Origin: an uncultured Phycisphaerales bacterium
GTDB taxonomy: Bacteria; Planctomycetota; Phycisphaerae; Tepidisphaerales; Tepidisphaeraceae
Assembly (NCBI GenBank): GCA_963844715.1
Contig: CAWJPJ010000008.1
Span: forward strand, 832,001 to 896,000
Length of the DNA stretch: 64,000 nucleotides
Direction: 5' to 3'
Shown: positions 32,945 to 44,557 of the stretch, one piece after another
How positions within the stretch are numbered: position 1 is the first letter of the stretch
Layout of the letters: the number at the start of each line of letters is the position of its first letter
Position numbers and translations under genes: made by a program
The notes under the pieces: generated by a model
What the model saw: only the letters and a program-made list of their open reading frames with translations
Database searches by the model: none
What the model was told of the DNA's origin: nothing

Positions 32945-34266
32945 TCAAGGGACATACGGTTCCAGAATCATGTCTTTGTTCACGAGGACGCGCAGCGGCC
33001 AGCCCTGCCGGATGGTAATCGTCGGCTGCACGTCGAGTTCGCGGTCAATCACTTTCTCGCCGATCCGGTCGACTTGTTGAGCCACGGTATCGCCAACCAC
33101 GTCTTGGCCATTGTTGCCGCTGCTGCTATTGGGATCGCGAGCCAGGTTACCGCCATAGGCGAGGGCCGTGGTCAGTGCCGTTGCTTCCGCCAGCTTGTCG
33201 AGGTGGTAATCGACCTTATCCTGTAGCCCGGCTTGTCCGGCTTCATCCGTCCCCGGCATTCCGTCCAGCACAATCGAGTTGCCGTTCGGATAAATCAGCC
33301 GTTGCCAGACAACCAGCGCTCGGTTTTGGCCGTTTGTGACAAGGCTCTGATATTTGCCAAGCAACTTCGAGCCTTGCGGAATCAAGAGGTAATTGCCAGT
33401 GACGGTATCGTAGACGTTCTCCGTCACCTGGCCGATCACTTCACCGGGCAGATCGGTGTTGATTGCGGTCAGAGCGCTCCAGGGATGACGCTGCCGGCTT
33501 TCAATTCATACTTGGAGATCGGATTGAGGAGCGGCTTGGACAGGTAAGGCTCGACCGCCGCCCCTTGAGTCAAAAACGCTTCCTTCTCCTGCTGATGGTT
33601 TTGGATGCTTCCCCCGGATGGGCCACCGTCGGGTCCACCGACATTCTGATCACCACCACCAGCGCCCATCGCGCCTGCGTCCATCGCATTTCGATTGGCA
33701 CCCGGGCCGAGCATCACTACCGTCGGCATCGTCGCTGGACCCGATGTAATTCCCGTAGATGTTGTTGATGACGACGTTGACTTGGCCCCACCGAACAGCA
33801 GCGGCGAATCGAGGGCCGCTTGTTGCTCCTTTTGCTGTTGTTCCAGCATCTTTCGCCGTTGTTCGGCGAGCTCGCGCATTGCCTGGGCGAGAGCCTGATC
33901 CTGGGCGGATGGTCCCGCTGGACGAGTTGCTGGCGCCGGTAGTCCACTCAAGCCGTCATAACCAGTGCCAAGGCGATTCACATCGAATGAATAGTCCTGT
34001 GGCAGGTCTTTCACCGATTCAATCGGCCCCGACGGACGAATCGCGTTTTCGTCGGCGGGTCCGTCCTTACGCGGCGCACTATGATCGCCGAAGCCGAGCA
34101 TCAGGACGACCAGACCGAGCGAGGCGCCGAAAACTCCGGCCAGCAACAACGCTCGGCGGCTGATCCGAGTCACAGGCAGCGGCGTACCGCGAACGTCGAT
34201 CCGCTCCTCGCCATTGCCGGTTGGTTGTGCCGTCTGTCCCAGGTTGGAAGTATTATTTGGCAGCAT
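32945..34266 (-). CDS. trbI: TrbI/VirB10 (frameshift near 33470)
   Basis: ELKAGSVIP, LLIPQGSKLLG, GQAGLQDKVD.H, QPTITIRQG. Confidence 0.92.
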
Positions 34267-34281
34267 TGCCTCATCTCCTCT

Positions 34282-35288
34282 TCAGTCTTTAGCATCGGCG
34301 CGAACAATCGCCACGATCGTCTGCGGGGCTTGGCCGAGGCGCAATTCCGCCTTGTCGAACAGACGATCCACGATGTACCAGTCGCCTCTTGACCCGGTAG
34401 TTCACGAGCTGCGCGTCGCCATTGCGTCCCATGACGAACAGCGGCGGCGCTTCGGTCACCGTGACTTTCGGCGGGAATTGGATGTAAGTCTTTTGCCCGT
34501 CATCGAAAGCCCGCAGCGGACACCAGGGCGGTGTCGCCGAATGCTTTTGCCGCAGGATCAGGTAATTGAAGTTGGCCTTGGACAGATCCAAGCCCGTCGC
34601 AACCGTTGCTTGCGCCGCCGCCTGCTGCGCCGCGACTTGATTGCGGATCATCACGGCATCCCCAAAGGGATAGTTCCAGGCGATCATGGTGTGGTAAACG
34701 CCCGTATCAATGCTGGTCAGATCCAGTGTGTAGATTCGCTGGTCGGTGGTGATGAGCAGATTCGTTTGCAATCCCGCCTTACGCGGCTTGACGAGCAACA
34801 ACGTCTGCGCCGTCTCGCCCGAACCGGATTGCACGCTATCGACGAGCCACCGCACCGTATCACCCGCCGCGGCGGTGATGAGCTTTTCACCGGGGCACAG
34901 CGCGATGGTGGTGACGTATCCCGGCGAAGTGATGGCCGTATAGACAACGCCCGGCGCGTAGTCGTAATACTGAATGGCATTCAGGAAGCCATCGGTTGTC
35001 GGTTGAGTCGTCGCGCCCGCATTCGCCGCGGCGATTGCCGCAGCGCCAGTTTGGACCGCCGGCGCGTTATTGCCCGAACCGATGGGGCGAAGTTGCGGAC
35101 TCGCCACCGGCACTTTGACCTCGACGATCCTTGGAACGGTCGCAAAGTCATCGGGCAATCAGCGCCGCCGGTCTCAGCCGTGGGTCCGGCATCACCGGCA
35201 CCGTCGGCGTTTCGCAGTATTCGCAGCCGCCAAGGACAAATGTGGCGATGACGAAGCCGCAAAGTAATAAGCCTCTTCGATAATTCAT
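34282..35288 (-). CDS. trbG: TrbG/VirB9 (frameshifted)
   Basis: Lipobox-like LGGC; NAIQYYDY, AGDTVRW, LLVKP, AFDDGQKTYIQFP, PPLFV, LVNYR. Confidence 0.9.
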
Positions 35289-36075
35289 TGCATGCCTCCG
35301 TTGTCAGGATTGTTTGGATTGGGAGCCGACGGGATTGGGCGGCAGTGCGCAGACTATCGTCGCGCATGACCGCTCCCGAAAACTCTCTGCTCCACGTGAA
35401 ATTCGTGATGTAGACGCCAATGGGGTTCTTGAAGGAATCCGACTCATCCCGTGGGGGCATCAACTTGACCTGAAAGAGCCCCGTGTATTCCTCGCGCGAT
35501 CGGCGGAGGCCATTGGCATAGGTCGTCTCGACCCAGCGCACCTGAAAGGTGTCGTTGGCTTTTTGAAGGATGCTGCTGATTTCGACGGTACGGGCCGTCG
35601 CTCCCTCGCCAGGCAAGCTCTTCATGCCGGCGTCGGATGCGGCGTATTCGTTCATCGCGTTGACCGCTTGGCCGGCGAGGAATTGGTATGCCTTGGTCCA
35701 CTGCTGGCGCATCACGACGGGATCGAGCGGACGCTCGCGCACCATCCGCACGACTTCGCCAACGAAGTAGCCCACCTGCGCCGTCGCCGGCTGATACGGC
35801 GCGCTGGCCAGCGTGATCCGACCCGGCATCCCGGCCTTATCCACTTCAACGACGTAGGTGGCGACTTGCTTCTTGACGCCCAGGACGACGGCGCCGCTCG
35901 TCGAGATCAACGCGATGGCCATCGACGCGAACGCGATGTAGCGCCAGTTGCGGGCCTGCACGCGCACCGATCCGATCCGTTCATCCCACGCCGCGGCGGC
36001 GCGAGCGTAGGGGTTGTGACTGTCGCCCGATCCACCGTTCTTGCCGTAACTCGTTGTCATGTTGGGAAAACTCAT
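35285..36075 (-). CDS. trbF: TrbF/VirB8-like
   Basis: PYARAAAAWDERIGSVRVQARNWR; FQVRWVE; NPIGVYITNFTWS. Confidence 0.92.
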
Positions 36076-37246
36076 GTTGGAGTCCCTCCTGTGTTGGTTG
36101 GACCGCTCGTTCCATTTGGCGAGCTTGACCCTGGCACGCGGCTGGCCGTATTGGCGGCTGTCGTGCTGCCCGCTTGCGGCGGCAGTTGAGCCCGACACAA
36201 CCGATGCGGCGGTTGCTCCCGTCTTATTGCCCGCGCTGCCACTGCCGCCGGTGATCTTTCGGACAACAGCCGTTCCCGCCGACGCGACCAGCATGGCGCC
36301 TTTCGTCGGCACGGCCGCCGCCATCTTCACGGCCATGACGGCGGCGCGGGATCGACCGGCGGCACGTGGTTGTGTTGATCGCCGCTGCGGTCGTATTGAT
36401 CGCTGTGCCGACGCCCAGGCTCGGGCCGCCGATAATCATGTCAGTGGCCAGCCGCGAGGCGACCAGCGAAAGCGCCATGAGAAGCAGCGCCGCCAGCGCG
36501 ATGCAAAAAGCCTGATAGGTCGTGACGGTCTGGCCTGCCGGCACTTTGAGCGATTGGAAGATGTTGTTGCCGACTCCAAGGACGAGCGTCAGCACCATCA
36601 GGCGCACCCCGGACCCGACCACCCAACCCAAAGGGCGCTCGGCGATGAATGCCGTTTTGGACAGGACCGCGAACGGCACCAGCACGAACGCGGCGAGGCT
36701 GCCGAACTTAAACGTCAGCACCGCGACGACGACCTGAATGGTGATGACACAGAACGCCGCGACGATCGCGGCGACGGCAAGGAAGAGGAATATGATCTCG
36801 ACAATGTTCTTGAAGAACGCCACCGGCCCAGTCAGCCGCGCGATCTGGTCCATAAGCGGCTGCGCCGTCGTGTACCCGAGATATGCGATGTTCCCCGGCT
36901 GCGACGTGTAGTAGCTCGCGCCGTCGAATCCACCGGCCTTGAGGCCGAGATTCATGAAGGACGATGCGAGCTTGTCCGTCAGCGACTGCCAGTTCTGGAT
37001 GATCCAGGCAAAGAAGCCGATGTAGACGATTTTCCTCGCAAAATGGGCAATGACATGGTCATCGCTCAGCGCCCACAGCGCCGCCGACCACATGATGCTC
37101 AGGATGATGAGGACATTGAGAACCCAGGTGACATCGCCCTTGATAAGCCCAAAGCCGCTGTTGATCGCGTTGATGTACTGGTTGGCCACATCGTTGATGA
37201 GATCGGGGCCACCGTTGCCAAAATCAACTGCCAGAATCGCCGTCAT
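36072..37246 (-). CDS. trbL: TrbL/VirB6 (frameshifted tail)
   Basis: INSGFGLI.GDV, KIVYIGFFAWII, multi-TM protein, G/A-rich tail. Confidence 0.9.
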
Positions 37247-37282
37247 GGAATCACCTGACCTTTCCTCGCTGTCCATCCGTGG

Positions 37283-38018
37283 TTACTGACCTGCCAAGGG
37301 AAAAGCATTCGACATGGAGCTGGTTGGCTGCTGAGGATTCGCCCAATCACCGCGAACTGCCTGTTGCTGCTGCAACGCATACGCTTGTTCGGCCTGATCC
37401 TGCGCATTGCGCTCCACTTCGGCGCGGGCATCGGTGATTTCCTGCGCCTGCAATGCTTGAAGCTGCGCCACCAGCGTCGCCACTTCTTCATTGCCCGCCT
37501 GCATGGCGGAGGTGGCGCCGGACGCCGAATTGGAATGTTCGACGTAGGATTGAATGCGCTGCGCGGTCGGTTGCAGGTTCAGATACGTCTGGTTCTGGAC
37601 GGTGCGGTTTTCGATCAGGACGTTTCTCTCTTCCTGATCCCAGCCGTTTTGCATCGACTGGTAAGCTGGCATCCGTCATGTTGGCGTAATTGCTCGGATC
37701 GGATGGATATTGGCTATTCAGCGTGCTGCCGGGATCGGTGGACGAATAGGTTGTGCCGGCTTGGCCGAACACCTGCTGCCAGATATTCATGCTTTGCAGA
37801 ATTCCGGGTAGCTGGGTGAAGTTCCAGCTTTTCAGCATGGCCACTTCGTTAGTGACCTCTTGGTAGAGCTGGTCAACCATTTGCACATCGTCCGCCACCT
37901 GGATCACCGCTTCGGCAAAGTTCGTCGGATCGAAAACGATGTCCGCGAATGCGGCCGTGGGCACAAGCAGCGCCGCCGTTGCAGCGACAATGAGAAACCG
38001 TTTCTTTGAGCGTGTCAT
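37283..38018 (-). CDS. trbJ: TrbJ/VirB5-like protein 2 (frameshift near 37672)
   Basis: Signal peptide, IVFDPTNF, SASGATSAMQAGN. Confidence 0.8.
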
Positions 38019-38066
38019 GGCAAACCTCCTATTTCGCAAAATTCCTTCGAGTGGTTTGTTCGCAAT

Positions 38067-38835
38067 TCAGTTCTGAAACGGATCAACGACCGTCTCTGTC
38101 GGCGGCGCCGGGTTATCCCAACCAGTGCGAACCCGCTGCCGTTCAGCCTCCGCGATACGACGATTCCGATTGCTGTTGGGCCAATTTTCGGTTTTGAGCC
38201 GCGAGCGCGGCGATCTTCAGAGATTGCAGCTTGGCCAGTTCACCCGAGGCCACCGCGAGCAGATCGTTGTGCGCCTGGACCGCCGACGTTTCGCCGGATG
38301 CCGAGTTCGACGCATCGACGATGTCCTGTACCTGCTGGGTCGTCGTATCCATGTCCTGATAGACCTGATTCTGCAATTGCCGGTTCTCCACCAGCGATTG
38401 GCGCTGGTTATCCGTCCACGTCGATTGATCCGACTGGTACTGCGCCCAGGTGGCGTTGCTCATGTCCGCCGGATAGCGCGTGTCGAGTTGGCTGGCCGGA
38501 TTCGGCGTGCTGTAGAGGCTGGATTCCAATTGCCCTTCCACGCCGGAGACGATTCCGGCAATGTTCGGCACGTCGCTCAGGTTGAGATGCTCCAATTCCT
38601 TGACTTGGTTCTCCACCTGCTGAACCACCGCGTCGATCTGCTCGCCAAGGTCCACCACCTTCAGGACATTTTCGACCAGATTGACCGGGTCTAAGACAAT
38701 GTCGAACAAGAAGGCGTTGGCTCGCTGCGCCGGGAGAAACACCAGCGCCGCACCGGTGGCAAGGAACACGGCCGCCAGAAGCCTAGCTCGCCGCGGCGGA
38801 TGCTTCGGAACCAGCCGATTCGCCGTCGAATTCAA
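38067..38835 (-). CDS. trbJ: TrbJ/VirB5-like protein 1 (frameshifted tail)
   Basis: Signal peptide, IVLDPVNL, SASGETSAVQAHN. Confidence 0.78.
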
Positions 38836-41301
38836 GGGATGAGTTGGTCATGATCTTTCCTTTCAGTGTTGAAGGTCTCCAGGCGCTCGGCCCAATGCCC
38901 GAGGCCCCGTTCGTTCAGGTACGCACGCGCGAATTGCTCGCGATCGTGCTCTTTCAGCACATTGGTGATCCGCGCTTGATCCTGCGGTGAACCGGCGGCG
39001 CAGAAGGCCAGCGCCAATTCACCCAGGCCAAGCTCAAAGAGCCGGTTGCCTTCCCGACTCTGGTAGTAGTAATCGCGCTTGGGAATCGACTGCTGGAGGA
39101 TTTGCAATTGCCGCTCGTTCAGCCCAAACGATTCATAGACTTTGCGCGTCCGCTCCTCCAGCGCGTTGCCATTGGGCAGGAAGATGCGCGTGGGGCAGTT
39201 TTCGATGATCGCCGGCGCAATGGCGCTGTCCGCAATGTCCGATAGACTCTGCGTGGCGAAGATGACCGCCACATTCTTCTTGCGAAGAACCTTGAGCCAT
39301 TCACGGATCTTGGCGGCAAAGAGCGATTCGGTCAGGTACAGCCACGCTTCATCCAGAATCATCAGCGTCGGCGAGCCGTCGAATCGCTTCTCCAACCGGC
39401 GGAACAGATAGGTCAGCACCGGCAGCAGCGCCTGCGCGAGTGCATCAGGTGTTCCATCTCGAACGCCTGCCAGCGGGCACCGCGTTCCACGTCACCGTCG
39501 CCCAGAGTGTCCTGATTGGCATCCAGCAGCCGCCCATGCGGACCGTCAAGCGTGTAACTCCGCATCGCTTGTCGAACATGGGCATCTTGAACCAGGCCGA
39601 GGAGCGTGCTGAGCGTGCGCTGCACGCGCGGCATCGAAGCCAGGTTGGACAGCGCGGCCCAAAGCTCCTGTTTGGTCGCCGGGGTGATTTCTGCTTTTTC
39701 GCGGTGCAGCAGGTCCGCGATCCAATCCTGCGCCCAGGCCAATTCCGATTCGTCCTCGATTCCGGCGAGCGGCTGGAAGCAAATCTCTTCACCTTCGCCG
39801 CCCAGGTCGTAAGAAGTCGCCGCCCATCGCCAGCGTCATTGCCCGGCAGCTTGCGCCCTTGTCGAAGATGTAAACACGGGCATCGGGATAGCGCAGCCAT
39901 TGGCAGGCCAGGAGATTCAGAAGCGTTGACTTGCCCGCGCCGGTGGGGCCGGCAATGATCGTGTGGCCGACATCGCCTTGATGCAGAGACAATCGGAATG
40001 GCGTCGATCCCTTTGTCCGGGTTACAAGCAGTGGCGGTCCGTTCAGGTGTGAACAACGTGCCGGTCCGGACCAAACCGCGCTCAGCGGGACCAGATCGCA
40101 GACATTCAGAGACGACACGAGTGGCCGGCGCACATCGGCGTAGGCATGACCCGGCAGACTTCCCATCCAGGCTTGAACTGCATTGAAATCCTCGATTTCA
40201 GTGACGAGGCCCACGCCATCCACGACTTGTTGAACCGCCCGTGCTTTTTCCGTCGCGGTTTGCTCATCCTCATCCCAAACCGTGATCGTCAGCGTGAAAT
40301 CCCCGAACGAGCAGTGATCGCCGCCAAGCTCCTGCAAGGCATCATCCACATCTTCGGATTTGTTCAAGCTGTCGGAATCCTCCAGCTTGGATTCCTGTTT
40401 GGTGATGGCTTCTTTGAGCAGGGTCACCATCCCCTTGCGTTTGGCGAACCACTGGCGGCGAAGCTTGTTCAGTTGCCGCGTGGCGTCGGTCTTATCCATC
40501 GGGAGGTAACGCCCGATCCAGCGGTACTCGATCGGCAATTCGTTCAGGCGGTCCAGCAGGCAAGGAAGCGTGCGATTGACATACGCGCGGACCGAAACCG
40601 TCTTGAGGAAAAGGCGACCGAGCCGGGGCGACAATCCGCCGGCCAGAGGTCGGTCGGTAATCATTTCGTCGAGATAGAACGGAACGTCCGGCACGGCCAC
40701 GTTCAGCCGCCGATCCGAGATGCACGAATGCAGGTAGGTCAGCGTTTCGCCATCGTCCAATGGATGGACTTCGGGCATGAACGACGCCATCAGATTCACA
40801 ATCTGATCCACCTGCCCGAGGAAATGATCGAAATGGGCGCGATAAGAAACCCGCCCATCTACTTTGTTGTTAGGTCGGTCGATGAAAAAGTCGCCCAGCC
40901 GCGTCATACCTTCGGCCGGCGGCAGATACGTGAAGGTGATGAAGCACTGGCTTTCGAAATGGATCGCATCGGCCGTGAACGAATCCCGGCGTTCTTGATC
41001 GACTCAGCGCCGCAACCGGATTCGGAAAGTCGCTCGCCGGGTAAACCTGTGCCAAACGTCTTGCTGCCTCGACATGCACGCACCAATGAGAACCGAGGCG
41101 ACGGAGCACATTGTTCATCCGGGCGCGTGCGGCCACGAGTTCGTAAGGGGTTGAGCTATCCAGGTCGGGACCACGAAACGCGATGGTTTTCTGCAAGCTG
41201 CCGTCTTTGTTGAGCATCACGCCGGGCGCGATGAGCGTCGCCCAGGGCAGATGGTCAGCAAGACGCTGCGGATGTTTGCGATATTCGCCAAGGTTCCACA
41301 T
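38832..41301 (-). CDS. trbE: TrbE/VirB4 ATPase (several frameshifts)
   Basis: LADHLPWA..NKDGSLQ..FRGPDLDS; GPTGAGKS; LDEAW..FATQS..NCPTRIFLPN. Confidence 0.93.
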
Positions 41302-41316
41302 GAATGTCTCTCCGAT

Positions 41317-41586
41317 TCAGGAATCCAGATGCGTCGGCTGGCGGACGTGACGCCGGAAGATGTCAAACCAGTGCGGGTCACGCTTGCTCATCAGCACCGC
41401 CGTCATGTGCAGAGCCGCACCCGCCGGAAATCCAAGCCACCACAGGTGCAAGCCCATTCCGATGACTAAGGCGACCGTTCCATTGAGGATCGCGAACGTC
41501 CGCGGCGCACCGCCCATGAGGATCGGCTGGGTCAGTGCCACATGGAGCGGCACTTCGTAACCTTCGATTTCTTCAGGGCGCGTCAT
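41317..41586 (-). CDS. trbD: TrbD/VirB3
   Basis: EVPLHVALTQPILMGGAPR..DP.WFDIFRRH. Confidence 0.9.
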   Translation of the reverse strand: MTRPEEIEGYEVPLHVALTQPILMGGAPRTFAILNGTVALVIGMGLHLWWLGFPAGAALHMTAVLMSKRDPHWFDIFRRHVRQPTHLDS

Positions 41587-41624
41587 GGTTGCACCAACTT
41601 TCCGCAGAGCGGCCATACCGTTGC

Positions 41625-41972
41625 CTACCAGCCGGCGCCGCCGTCGAAGCCGAAGAACGTCACGCCGAAGCTGGTGGCCGTGACCGCGATGGACACGCCC
41701 AGCAGCAGGCCGAGGATGCGCCGCAGCCCACCGCCTTCGCTGAACGCGAAACCAAATCCGATGACAACGATGGCCAGGATGCACAGCGCCTTTGCCACCG
41801 GGCCGGTGAAGCTGGCCAGCACTTGGTTCAATGGACCTTCCCACGGGAGAGGCTGACCGCCATTGGCTGCCGCAGCTAAACTGGCACGAGGAATGCTCAG
41901 AAGTGTCAGCACACCCGCGATAGCAGGCGCGACAATCGAGCGTCGATAACGAACGAGGGATCGACTGTTCAT
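41625..41972 (-). CDS. trbC: TrbC/VirB2 pilin
   Basis: LPWEGPLNQVLASFTGPVAK and two TM segments. Confidence 0.92.
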   Translation of the reverse strand: MNSRSLVRYRRSIVAPAIAGVLTLLSIPRASLAAAANGGQPLPWEGPLNQVLASFTGPVAKALCILAIVVIGFGFAFSEGGGLRRILGLLLGVSIAVTATSFGVTFFGFDGGAGW

Positions 41973-42034
41973 GATTTGACTCCTTGTTGGCCCACAACTC
42001 GTCGGATCACTTGATCCATAACGATGTCATGGTT

Positions 42035-42075
42035 GGTATGGTCAATACCGTACACTTGCCTAACGAGGAAGTCAA
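42035..42075 (-). promoter_or_regulatory. trb operon sigma70 promoter with operator-like palindrome
   Basis: Minus strand TTGACT-17-TACGGT; GGTAT-N5-ATACC at 42035-42049. Confidence 0.55.
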
Positions 42076-42308
42076 GAAAAAAAGTTCGCAGTTTGTTTGG
42101 GTTGGCCTGGATCGTGCGGACTACGTTCGGGCGGGAGAGGCGTTTGACGGCGGAATCAAAAGGGATTGGCCGGAGCGTAGCCGCACCTAAGTGCGTGCCA
42201 ATGCCCCAATTTCGGCATGAAATCTAGTCGCACAACTTTGATTCGTTGGGGGAGGTGGTGGGAGTCAATCCCGCAAATGCCTCACTGCGGTTTGCGGGGC
42301 GAGGGTGT

Positions 42309-42560
42309 CTATTCTTCGTCCCGCGCTCCGGAACCGATACGCTCGCGATGCTTGTGCGCCATTGCCGCGCGTTCGTCTCGGCTCGCATCCAGCCAATGCA
42401 GGATCAATGCCTCAATCACTCGCTTGGGGTTCGCCAGGTGCGTTGCACAGTCGTCTTCAAATGCCTCAAATAGCTTGGTGTCGAAGCGGTAGGTCCGCTG
42501 GACCGTCTTAGGCTTGAGCTCCTGCTTCGACGCACTGCGGTTTGATCGGGCGTTGGCCAT
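42309..42560 (-). CDS. small putative ribbon-helix-helix regulator
   Basis: VQRTYRFDTKLFEAF..C..NPKRVIEALILHW beta-alpha-alpha pattern. Confidence 0.6.
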   Translation of the reverse strand: MANARSNRSASKQELKPKTVQRTYRFDTKLFEAFEDDCATHLANPKRVIEALILHWLDASRDERAAMAHKHRERIGSGARDEE

Positions 42561-42753
42561 AACGAGGTATTTTAGGTGAAATGCGATGGTATGCAAGATA
42601 CCAAATGGTAAATGTGAAGTTATTTGGTAAACATGGTCCCCTCGGGGGGTAGGGTTGAAAAGTACCGGACTGGTTCACGAGTAGTGGCATGGAGCAAAAT
42701 TCGCTGTACAATGTGCATGTAAATGCCGATAACTACAGACGGATGGTACAACC

Positions 42754-43393
42754 ATGCGAACGTCCACGCTTACTAAAACCCATAACGGCAGCAGCGCAGA
42801 GCGGCAGATTGTGAAGCTGGTCCGACGCAAGGGCCTGCTCCGCGCCCGCGACCTGCGGCCGCTTGCCATTCCCCGACGGCACCTGACCCGACTGGTCGCG
42901 GAGGGCGTGCTGCTACGGTCCGGTCGTGGAATTTACGCACTCGCGGATGCCGCGGCCAGCGAGCATCGGTCGCTGGCCGAAGTCTGTGCGCAGGGTTCCG
43001 GCAGGAGTCGTCTGTCTCCTGTCGGCGCTTCGCTTTCACAGCCTAACGACGCAAAACCCGTGGGAAGTATGGCTGGCGATCACTCCGGCAAGTCGAAAGC
43101 CGCGTATCGACCATCCGCCGCTTCGCATCGCTCGATTCTCTGGACCGGCGTTTCGTGAAGGCGTGGACCACCATCGCATCGAGGGGGTGGAGGTCAAAGT
43201 TTATTCGCCTGCCAAGACCGTCGCTGACTGCTTCAAGTATCGCAACAAAATCGGCATCGAAATCGCCATTGAAGCACTCCGCGATGCCTGGGGCAAACGC
43301 GCGGCGACCGCCGATCAGCTTTGGCAGTATGCAAAAGTTTGTCGAGTCACCAACGTCATGCGGCCCTACCTCGAAACTATCGCCCACACCTGA
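42754..43393 (+). CDS. abiEi: type IV TA antitoxin AbiEi (frameshift near 42990)
   Basis: GRGIY, VCLLSALRFHSLTTQNP, AKTVADCFKYRNKIG. Confidence 0.9.
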
Positions 43394-43415
43394 ACTCGCG
43401 AGACTAACGACCGGC

Positions 43416-44355
43416 ATGAAGAATCCCCCTCATAACATCGCCGCTTCCGTTCGCCAGCGTCTTTTGAACCTCTCGAAAGCGTCGGGCGTGGATTACAACC
43501 AATTGCTGATCCGTTACGCCATCGAACGGCTGCTGTACCGTTTGAGTCGTTCCCGTCATCGCGAGAACTTCGTGCTCAAGGGGGCGATGCTCTTCGTGAT
43601 TTGGGAGGGATCGCCGCATCGGCCGACTCAGGACGTGGACCTGTTGGGATTTGGCGACCGTTCGCCCGATCGCATCGCTGGCGTGTTTCGGGAACTCTGC
43701 GAAACAGCCGTCGAAGACGACGGGATCATCTTTGCCGCAAAAACCGTGGAAGCCGAGGAAATCCGCACGACCGACGAGTATGGCGGGGTCCGAGTGCGTT
43801 TCACGGCATCGCTTGGCGGCGCGGTCATCCGTGTCCAGGCGGATGTGGGATTTGGTGACGCCATTACGCCGGCTTCGCCGGAATCGAACTATCCGACGTT
43901 GTTGCCAAATCAGCCGGCGCCGCACTTGCGCGTCTATCCACGCGAAACTGTCGTTGCTGAAAAACTGGAGGCTATCGCCAAGCTCGGGATGCTCAACACG
44001 CGGTTCAAGGATTATTACGACTTGCGATATTTGGCGGAGCGTTTCGAGTTTGATGGTGCGATGCTGATCGAAGCAATCACGGCAACGTTCGAGCGACGCG
44101 GCACGCCGCTGCCGATCCGCGCTTCCAGTCGGCTTGAGCGCGGCTTTCGTAACTGACGCAGTGAAGCAGACGCAATGGGCTGCTTTTCGTCGACGCCAGC
44201 CGGCACAGAAGCTACCGGACCTGCCCGATGTGGTTGCGGCAATCAACCGCTTCGTTGAGCCTGCGTTGCTGGCCGCCGGCGAACGATCCTCGTTCGCGCG
44301 CAAATGGAATGTCGCGCGCGGTTGGTCGGTGAGCGGTGCGTCAACCGCGTCGTAA
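43416..44355 (+). CDS. abiEii: type IV TA toxin AbiEii nucleotidyltransferase (frameshift near 44120)
   Basis: SVRQRLLN, FVLKGAML, RPTQDVDL, AEKLEAI, TRFKDYYD. Confidence 0.92.
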
Positions 44356-44557
44356 AATAAAGCATTACACTAGCGTGCCGTTCCGACAGACGATGGGAAC
44401 GCCACCCCCGTCCCGGAGCGGAATCGTCATGCGGACAAAGGCCAATTGGTATGGAGAGGGGATCCCGATGCACCGGGATCGCCGCGCCGAAAAAATAGAT
44501 TGACAATGTCTCTAAATTGGCCAAATTGACCCGCAAAACACTTAAGCTAGGTGCCAG

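Noticed and set aside
32355..32948. DUF2274 fusion protein
   Set aside because: An internal RBS and ATGA overlap point to two genes
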